Positions 57,333-64,000 of a stretch of DNA of 64,000 nt are shown here, one piece after another. Each line of letters opens with the position of its first letter. The first letter of the stretch is position 1. The translations under genes were made by a program, and so were the position numbers. Where the stretch lies: NCBI GenBank assembly GCA_948433085.1, contig CAOJDP010000002.1:13579-77578 (forward strand), given 5' to 3'. The notes beneath the pieces were generated by a model, which saw only the letters and a program-made list of their open reading frames with translations, was not told the DNA's origin and ran no database searches. This DNA comes from an uncultured Bacillales bacterium (GTDB taxonomy: Bacteria > Bacillota_I > Bacilli_A > RF39 > UBA660).

Positions 57333-59432
57333 ATGAATTTAGAGTTATTAAATGAAAAACAAAAAAAGGCAGTTGTAACTACAGAGGGACCTGTTTTAGT
57401 GATCGCAGGTGCTGGCAGTGGGAAAACAAGGGTACTTACTACACGTATTGCTTATTTAGTACAAGAAAAAAATGTGAATCCCTCACATATTTTAGCAATT
57501 ACATTTACAAACAAAGCAGCTAAGGAAATGAAGGAAAGGGTTTTTTCCTATTTGGGGTCCATTGCTTACAATATTCAAATCTCTACATTTCATTCATTTG
57601 GTTTACAGCTGATAAAAGAAAATTATGAGGTGTTAGGTTATAAACCAAATTTTACAATTTTGGATAGTGATGATACGTTAACTATTATAAAAAAAACAAT
57701 CAGAGAATTGGGATATGATTTAAAAGAATATAATCCCAAAGCAATTCGTAGTAAAATCAGTGGTGCAAAAAATGAATTAATGAATGCAAAGGAATATGAA
57801 AAATATGCAGCAACTGCATATGAACAAGTAGTATTAAAAGTATATGAAAGATATGAAAGAAAATTAAAAATAAATAATGCATTTGATTTTGATGATTTGT
57901 TAATGAAACCAATTGAATTATTTCGTAATCATCCTGAAATATTAAAAAAATATCAAGAAAAATATGAATATGTACTAGTAGATGAGTATCAAGATACCAA
58001 TGAAGCACAGTATATTATAACCAAAATGATTAGTGCGAAATACAAAAATATTTGTGTAGTAGGGGATGATTCTCAAGCAATTTATGCATGGAGAGGTGCC
58101 AATTACAAAAATATATTGAACTTTGAAAAGGATTTTGAAAATACCAAGACAATTTTACTAGAGGAAAATTATAGGTCTACAAAAAATATATTATGTGCGG
58201 CCAATGATATTATTAAAAATAATAAACAAAGAAAAGATAAAAAATTATGGACTTCTAACGAAGAGGGGATTAAAATTAAATATCATAAAGCAGACAATGA
58301 AAAAGAGGAAGCTTTTTATGTGGTAACAGAAATTGCATCATTATTGAAACAAGGAATTAAAGAAAAAGAAATTGCAATCCTTTATAGAACGAATGCACAA
58401 TCTAGAAATATGGAAGAGGCTCTACTCAAAGAGAACATCCCTTATAAAGTAGTAGGAAGTTTTTATTTCTATAATCGAAAAGAAATCAAAGATTTGATTT
58501 GTTATTTAAAACTTATTTATAATACCAATGATGATATATCTTTCCTTAGAGTTGTCAATGTGCCTAAAAGGGGAATTGGTAATAAAACGATAGAAATGCT
58601 CAGTCAAAAAGCAATGACTGAAGGGAAAAGTTTATTTGAATCAATTCAAGATGGTAAATTGTTATTATTTAAACATTTGATAGAAGAGATTCAGAAGGTA
58701 GATTGTTCTTTAACTGAGTTAGTAGATTTGATATTAGAGAAAACGGGAATGAGAGAAGAATTAGAAAGTGAAAAGACTTTGGAGGCAGACATTCGATTAG
58801 AAAACTTAGAAGAATTTAAGACAATAACGAAGACATTTGAAGAAAAAAGTGGTATTATATCTTTAGAAGACTTTTTGAATGAAATTAGCCTTGTTTCAGA
58901 TATTGAAGAACATAAAAATAATACAGAAGTGGTAACACTTATGACAGTGCACTCGGCCAAAGGGCTTGAATTTGAGCATGTATTTTTAATAGGACTTGAG
59001 GAAGGAATTTTTCCTCATAATAATTCTTTGATGGATCAAGAACAAATAGAAGAAGAAAGAAGACTTTGCTATGTGGCAGTGACTAGAGCAAAACAAACTT
59101 TGCATTTAGTCAATGCTAGAAGAAGAACAATTTTTGGAGATTTGAGTTATAATATGCCAAGTCGTTTTATAGATGAAATTGGTGAAGATTATCTAGAAAT
59201 AGATGAAGTAATACGTATACAACCAAAAATTCAAGTACATAAAGAAGATATGATTGATTCTTCAGTTGCGTATTCTATTGGGGAAAAAGTGGAACATGAA
59301 ACATTTGGTATTGGAATCGTTGTAGGAATTGAGAAAAGCATTTTAACAGTTGCCTTTTCACATCCACATGGAATCAAAAAGTTGTTGAAAGGTCATAAGA
59401 CATTTAGAAAGGTATCAGGTGAATCAATATGA
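57333..59432 (+). CDS. pcrA: ATP-dependent DNA helicase PcrA/UvrD family
   Basis: LNEKQKKAV, Walker A AGAGSGKTRVLT, DEYQDTN, and further helicase motifs. Confidence 0.85.
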   Translation: MNLELLNEKQKKAVVTTEGPVLVIAGAGSGKTRVLTTRIAYLVQEKNVNPSHILAITFTNKAAKEMKERVFSYLGSIAYNIQISTFHSFGLQLIKENYEVLGYKPNFTILDSDDTLTIIKKTIRELGYDLKEYNPKAIRSKISGAKNELMNAKEYEKYAATAYEQVVLKVYERYERKLKINNAFDFDDLLMKPIELFRNHPEILKKYQEKYEYVLVDEYQDTNEAQYIITKMISAKYKNICVVGDDSQAIYAWRGANYKNILNFEKDFENTKTILLEENYRSTKNILCAANDIIKNNKQRKDKKLWTSNEEGIKIKYHKADNEKEEAFYVVTEIASLLKQGIKEKEIAILYRTNAQSRNMEEALLKENIPYKVVGSFYFYNRKEIKDLICYLKLIYNTNDDISFLRVVNVPKRGIGNKTIEMLSQKAMTEGKSLFESIQDGKLLLFKHLIEEIQKVDCSLTELVDLILEKTGMREELESEKTLEADIRLENLEEFKTITKTFEEKSGIISLEDFLNEISLVSDIEEHKNNTEVVTLMTVHSAKGLEFEHVFLIGLEEGIFPHNNSLMDQEQIEEERRLCYVAVTRAKQTLHLVNARRRTIFGDLSYNMPSRFIDEIGEDYLEIDEVIRIQPKIQVHKEDMIDSSVAYSIGEKVEHETFGIGIVVGIEKSILTVAFSHPHGIKKLLKGHKTFRKVSGESI

Positions 59433-59584
59433 TATTAAATATTTTCGATAGTATTAATCAAGCATCTAAAGATTTTCAAGGATGGATTGTTGAACATGGA
59501 AGCAATCCTGTATTATGGATTTGTTTATTTTTTGGGGGTGTCATTCTATTCTTTGTAACCTATAATCTGTTACATAAAGATTAG
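59429..59584 (+). CDS. small single-TM protein (51 aa) overlapping the pcrA stop (ATGA)
   Basis: ORF; hydrophobic segment VLWICLFFGGVILFFVTY. Confidence 0.3.
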   Translation: MILNIFDSINQASKDFQGWIVEHGSNPVLWICLFFGGVILFFVTYNLLHKD

Positions 59585-59596
59585 GAATGATTAAAA

Positions 59597-59619
59597 AATG
59601 GTTGAAAAACCATTTTTTT
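59597..59619. terminator. bidirectional rho-independent terminator
   Basis: aatggtt-gaaa-aaccatt flanked by A-run and T-run. Confidence 0.6.
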
Positions 59620-59917
59620 AATGCACAGATAATGCGATGATTAAGTCCATATCGTCATCCTGTAAAGCAATGTTTTTATGTAATTGAAGGCATTTTTCAC
59701 ATTGGTAAAGAATTTTGTAAGTATGTTTAAATTTTTCAATGCCAATAGGAATCAATAATCCATGACAGGGATTCAATCGGTCTCCAGGATTAATATCTAC
59801 ATGTTTGGAGTATAAGCAGAAAGGGCAATGATCCCTTGCTGTGTAATTAGATTTTGCTACATTTTTTCCACAATGTTCACAAACAAAAGATTCATTTCGC
59901 ATTATAAATTGTTTCAT
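59618..59917 (-). CDS. RNHCP-domain protein
   Basis: TARDHCPFC plus additional Cys/His pairs. Confidence 0.5.
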   Translation of the reverse strand: MKQFIMRNESFVCEHCGKNVAKSNYTARDHCPFCLYSKHVDINPGDRLNPCHGLLIPIGIEKFKHTYKILYQCEKCLQLHKNIALQDDDMDLIIALSVH

Positions 59918-60003
59918 TCATTTCACCTATATGTATTGTAACAACTTTCATCTTGGAAATCAATTCAGATTGTGATAGAATAAATATTGGATGTGATAGA
60001 ATT

Positions 60004-60729
60004 ATGGATTATAAAATTATGATCGATGCATTTGAAGGCCCAATGGATTTATTGCTTCATTTAATCAAATCATCTGATATTGATATCTATGACATCGAAT
60101 TAGAACAGATTACCAAACAATATTTGGATTATATAGAGGCAATGGAGGAAATGAATTTAAATATTGCCAGTGAATATTTGATTATGGCAGCAGAGTTAAT
60201 TGAAATAAAATCTACTATGCTATTACCAAAGAAGAAAGTAGAAGAAGATGAATATGAAGAAGATCCAAGAGAAAATCTCATTAAAAGATTATTAGAATAT
60301 AAACAATATAAAGAGGTGACATCAGAGTTTAAAGTACTAGAACAAAATAGAAAACAATATTTAACAAAACTTCCAAACAATTTATCAGAGTTTAAGGAAG
60401 AAAATAAGGCCCTAAATTTTGGAGATATTAATATTTCAGATTTATTGAATGCTTTTCAAAAATTCCTAGATCGTAAACAAGAGGAAAAGCCAATACATAC
60501 TAAAATAACTAAAAAAGAATATTCTGTACATGTAAGGAGTAATGAGATTCGTAGTTTGTTATATAAAAAGAAAAAAGTGGGATTTGAAGAATTGTTTGAG
60601 GTAGTTACGAAAGATTATGTGGTTGTAACTTTTTTATCTATCTTAGATTTAGCAAAAAAACAAGAATTAGAAATTAAACAAGAAAATAACTTTAGTAAAA
60701 TTTTTTTATCATTAAAGGAAAGGGATTGA
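60004..60729 (+). CDS. scpA: segregation and condensation protein A
   Basis: FEGPMDLLLHLIK motif; followed by scpB. Confidence 0.8.
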   Translation: MDYKIMIDAFEGPMDLLLHLIKSSDIDIYDIELEQITKQYLDYIEAMEEMNLNIASEYLIMAAELIEIKSTMLLPKKKVEEDEYEEDPRENLIKRLLEYKQYKEVTSEFKVLEQNRKQYLTKLPNNLSEFKEENKALNFGDINISDLLNAFQKFLDRKQEEKPIHTKITKKEYSVHVRSNEIRSLLYKKKKVGFEELFEVVTKDYVVVTFLSILDLAKKQELEIKQENNFSKIFLSLKERD

Positions 60730-60730
60730 G

Positions 60731-61300
60731 ATGAATCTAGCGGCAGTATTAGAAGGGCTCTTATTTGTAGTAGGAGAAGATGGGTTATCAATGGATCAAG
60801 CAATGTCTATTTTAGAAGTAGATCAAAAAACATTCGTGTCTTTATTACAAGAGTTACAGGACAGTTATGTAAAAGAAGAAAGAGGTATACGATTAAGTGC
60901 TTTAGGGAATCATTTAAAACTTACCACAAAAAAAGAACATAGAGTGTATTATCAAAAGTTAGTCGAAAAGGAAGATGACAGTTTACTGAGTCAAGCAGCT
61001 CTTGAAACGCTTGCAATTATTGCGTATAATCAGCCAATTACCAGAGTGAATGTGGATGAAATTAGAGGTATTAGTAGTAGTCATATTGTTCGCAGATTGC
61101 TTTCCAAAGGCCTCATTAAGGAAATTGGAAAATCCGATGCTCCAGGTAGACCTATACTATATGGTGTTACCAAGGATTTTTTAGATTATTTCGGACTATC
61201 TAGTTTAGAAGAACTACCAAAAATAGAAGTGATAGAAGAGGAAGCAGAAGACGAAAAAGATTTATTTGCGTCAAAATATCAAGAGATAGACTCTAATTGA
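60731..61300 (+). CDS. scpB: segregation and condensation protein B
   Basis: LEGLLFVVGEDGLS N-terminus; winged-helix pattern. Confidence 0.85.
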   Translation: MNLAAVLEGLLFVVGEDGLSMDQAMSILEVDQKTFVSLLQELQDSYVKEERGIRLSALGNHLKLTTKKEHRVYYQKLVEKEDDSLLSQAALETLAIIAYNQPITRVNVDEIRGISSSHIVRRLLSKGLIKEIGKSDAPGRPILYGVTKDFLDYFGLSSLEELPKIEVIEEEAEDEKDLFASKYQEIDSN

Positions 61301-61408
61301 TGTAATACAAAGAAAATATTGAAAGGTAAAAGAAAATATTGTATAATTTAACTATTGAGAGAGGAATAAACTCTAGAGTGAACATGAAAAAAGGAAGGTG
61401 TATATGAC

Positions 61409-62191
61409 ATGGGTGAAAAGAAAAAATTATATATTATGTTAGGGATTATAGTTGGAATTGTTGTATTAATAATTGGAATTTGTTTGATAGATAACCACAA
61501 AATAAAAGCGCTATTAAAAGAAATTGATGAAAAAAAACAAGCCAATGAAACACAAATATTCTATTTATCAAGACCAACTTGTCATTATTGTCTTTTGTTA
61601 AAGCCAATCACAGATGAACTAAAAGAAGAGTATCAATTATCCTATTATAATATTAATACAGACCAATACAATAATAGCCAAATGAATAAAATATTAAAAA
61701 AATTTAATGTACTACCTGCCAATTTTGGAACACCCTATATTGCTATTACCAAGAATGGAGAAATTATTGGAGAATTAAATGGTTATGCAGATGAAAATGT
61801 TGTGTTTGAACTTTTTAAAAAACATGGACTTATTCCTGAGGATGCAACGCTAGCTTTTCAATATCTTACCTATGAGGCGTTTCAAAATATATGGAACAGT
61901 GGGGAAAGAAAGTTAGTCATGATTGGAGAAACAGGAGAAGAAAGTGTGGAAGCAAGAATTCTTTTAAAGAAGCTTATACAAACACATCCATTAGAAATTT
62001 CTTATATGGATATTGCAGAAATAGGTACCAATGAAGCTTATATTGAATTTTTAAATATGGTAGGCTTTACCAGTCAACCAGTTTATCCAATTTTAATGGT
62101 AATTGAGAATGGTAAAATTGTAAGCCAGATTTCTAAAGTTGTAGCGAGTGAATATGAATCTTTTCTTAGAAATAATGGCTATATAGGATAG
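61409..62191 (+). CDS. membrane-anchored thioredoxin-fold protein (CxxC)
   Basis: N-terminal TM; SRPTCHYC motif. Confidence 0.45.
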   Translation: MGEKKKLYIMLGIIVGIVVLIIGICLIDNHKIKALLKEIDEKKQANETQIFYLSRPTCHYCLLLKPITDELKEEYQLSYYNINTDQYNNSQMNKILKKFNVLPANFGTPYIAITKNGEIIGELNGYADENVVFELFKKHGLIPEDATLAFQYLTYEAFQNIWNSGERKLVMIGETGEESVEARILLKKLIQTHPLEISYMDIAEIGTNEAYIEFLNMVGFTSQPVYPILMVIENGKIVSQISKVVASEYESFLRNNGYIG

Positions 62192-62200
62192 AGGAACAAT

Positions 62201-62650
62201 ATGGAAACTGACATATATAAACAAGCCAAATTATTTAAAAAACGTTATCCACTCACAATCGCATGGCGCATAAAAGAACATTCCAAAGTAATAGAAAAAC
62301 ATTTAAATCCTGGTGAAAAAATATTGTATGTTTTTGTTGCACAAAAGAATAATAATCCTTTAGATATTATCACTAGTTATGTATGTGTATTAACAAATCG
62401 TAGATTGATTTTTGCACAAAAACGTTTGTTATTTGGTTACTTCTTCGTATCTATAACACCAGATTTATTTAATGACTTAAAGGTAAATATGGGACTTGTA
62501 TGGGGAAAGATTTCTATTGATACAGCAAAAGAAGTTGTATTTTTATCTAATATCCAAAAAGAAGCTTTGTCAGAAATTGAAACCAATATTACAGAATATA
62601 TGATGGAAGAAAAGAAAAAATACGCTAACTTTGGGGGAACAATACACTAA
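62201..62650 (+). CDS. hypothetical protein (bacterial PH-domain-like)
   Basis: ORF; tentative. Confidence 0.3.
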   Translation: METDIYKQAKLFKKRYPLTIAWRIKEHSKVIEKHLNPGEKILYVFVAQKNNNPLDIITSYVCVLTNRRLIFAQKRLLFGYFFVSITPDLFNDLKVNMGLVWGKISIDTAKEVVFLSNIQKEALSEIETNITEYMMEEKKKYANFGGTIH

Positions 62651-62670
62651 GGGTCAATCCTTAGTTTTTC
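62647..62670 (+). terminator. rho-independent terminator
   Basis: ctaagg-gtcaat-ccttag-TTTTT. Confidence 0.55.
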
Positions 62671-62811
62671 TTACTAAATGGAGTGGAAAAAGTTTGATTT
62701 AATCTTTTATACTAGAAATAGTAAATGATTTGTTAAATTTGATAAGTAGAAATATATATTTCCATAAAATAAAATATATGATATACTAAAAGCAAAGAGT
62801 AGGTGAAAATA

Positions 62812-63825
62812 GTGAAAGAAAAAACAATTTTAACAGGTATTAGGCCAACAGGTAATATACATTTGGGACATTATTTTGGTGCTGTACAGACTTGGAAAAA
62901 ATTGCAAGAAAATGGGTTGCCATTTTATTTAGAAATTGCTGATGTGCAAGCATTGACGGATAATTTTAACCAACCAGAAAAGGTCAATAAAAATGTTCGG
63001 GAATTAGCAATTGATGCTTTATCTTGTGGAATCGATCCTGAAAAAACAACAATCTTTATTCAATCTATGGTGCCTGAAATTGCAGAATTAACGGTGTTTT
63101 ATTCCAATCTTGTCACTATTTCAAGGCTTTACCGAAATCCAACTGTAAAAGCAGAGATGAAGCAGAAAAGGGAATTATTTGGAGAGAATGGAGAAAGTAT
63201 TACTTATGGTTTTTTAGGGTATCCAGTCAGTCAAGCTGCGGATATTACCGCTTTTCGTGGCTCTTTAATTCCAGTTGGAGAAGATCAACTTCCTTTATTG
63301 GAACAGTGTCGGGAAATTGTTCGTAAATTTAATCATATTTATGGAGAAGTTCTTGTGGAACCTGAAGCGATGTTAAGTGATACTCCAAGAATTAAGGGAT
63401 TAGATGGAAATGAAAAAATGGGAAAAAGTTTGGGAAATGCAATATTTCTTTCTGATAGTGAGGAACTGATTGCAAAGAAAATTATGGGGGCATTAACAGA
63501 TACTAAAAAAATAAAAAAAGACGATCAAGCAAATCCTGATGTATGTATGGTATTCTATTATCATAAATTGGTAAATTTAAATCATTTAGAAACGGTATGT
63601 AGCGAATGTAAAAATGGATTACGGGGTTGTGTTGCATGCAAAAAAGAATTAATAGAGCAAATGAACACTTTTTTAAAGCCAATTCGTGAAAAGCGTAATT
63701 ACTATCTAGAGCATCCTGAGGCGATAGATCAAGTTTTACAGGAGGGAACAAAAAAGGCAAGAGCTGTTGCTATTTCAGTGGCACAAGAAATTAAAGAACA
63801 TATGAAAATTCGATATTTTGAATAA
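62812..63825 (+). CDS. trpS: tryptophanyl-tRNA synthetase
   Basis: HIGH-type motif TGNIHLGHY, KMGKS, FIQSMVP and LIPVGEDQ blocks similar to Bacillus TrpS; GTG start with AGGTGA RBS (ORF track starts at 62803). Confidence 0.85.
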   Translation: MKEKTILTGIRPTGNIHLGHYFGAVQTWKKLQENGLPFYLEIADVQALTDNFNQPEKVNKNVRELAIDALSCGIDPEKTTIFIQSMVPEIAELTVFYSNLVTISRLYRNPTVKAEMKQKRELFGENGESITYGFLGYPVSQAADITAFRGSLIPVGEDQLPLLEQCREIVRKFNHIYGEVLVEPEAMLSDTPRIKGLDGNEKMGKSLGNAIFLSDSEELIAKKIMGALTDTKKIKKDDQANPDVCMVFYYHKLVNLNHLETVCSECKNGLRGCVACKKELIEQMNTFLKPIREKRNYYLEHPEAIDQVLQEGTKKARAVAISVAQEIKEHMKIRYFE

Positions 63826-63871
63826 ACCATTGTAAATTCGTTATAATATAAAAATAAAGGGAGAAGATAGT

Positions 63872-64000
63872 GTGAAGAAAATAAGTTTACGTAATCATAA
63901 AAACAAAAAAATAGATTCCGAGTTAGTAAGATATTTTAAATGTCAAAATGATGACTATTTAATTTATACTTTTGGGGAAAAGGATGAAAAAGATTTTATA
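63872..64000 (+). CDS. hypothetical protein (5' part; continues beyond window)
   Basis: GTG start after GGGAGAAG RBS; open to the window end. Confidence 0.25.
   Translation, partial: MKKISLRNHKNKKIDSELVRYFKCQNDDYLIYTFGEKDEKDFI

Noticed and set aside
62651-62811. Looked for a T-box riboswitch upstream of trpS
   Set aside because: The leader is only ~150 nt, AT-rich, and lacks the conserved T-box sequence (AGGGTGGNACCGCG-like) and antiterminator. No T-box is supported.

Overview
This window is low-GC Firmicutes (Bacillota) chromosome from an apparent spore-former, judged by a CotY/CotZ-like Cys-rich coat protein. A cell-wall glycopolymer biosynthesis locus is interrupted by a ~37 kb siphovirus-like prophage at about 9.6-46.7 kb, flanked by a 12-bp direct repeat.

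The left flank carries a DUF368 membrane protein, the CotY/CotZ-like gene, a frame-split patatin-like lipase, a 3x LysM protein, a GT-C membrane glycosyltransferase, a Wzy/WaaL-like membrane protein and a GT2 enzyme. The right flank carries a TagGH-like ABC exporter, a HAD-domain protein, an RgpF-like protein, GT2, GtrA-like, GT4, Alg14/Alg13-like and GtrB-like genes, then pcrA, scpA, scpB and trpS.

The prophage has a complete layout: integrase, a divergent cI/cro-like switch with three copies of a 16-bp operator, a replication module (DUF1376 replication initiator/replisome organizer; the adjacent 132-aa ORF is unassigned), a recombination module (putative ssDNA-annealing protein, PD-(D/E)xK exonuclease, SSB, NinB/Orf-like), a GIY-YIG protein, an ArpU-like late activator, terS/terL, portal, head, tail, holin and a CHAP+CW_7 endolysin. 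The tail assembly chaperones have a -1 frameshift site.

The standout feature is a diversity-generating retroelement (DGR) in the tail-fibre locus. The last ~105 bp of a 525-aa FGE/C-type-lectin-fold tail fibre gene form the variable repeat (VR). The VR is followed by a G/C-rich element and hairpin, then a tandem array of five TR-like cassettes spaced about 155 bp apart, then a reverse transcriptase with the DGR-specific IGNYTSQ motif and a YMDD box. The VR differs from a chimera of cassette 5 (first segment) and cassette 4 (second and third segments) only at template adenines, 8 of 8 substitutions. That points to active adenine mutagenesis combined with combinatorial use of several template cassettes, which is unusual compared with canonical single-TR DGRs. 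No avd-like gene is apparent.
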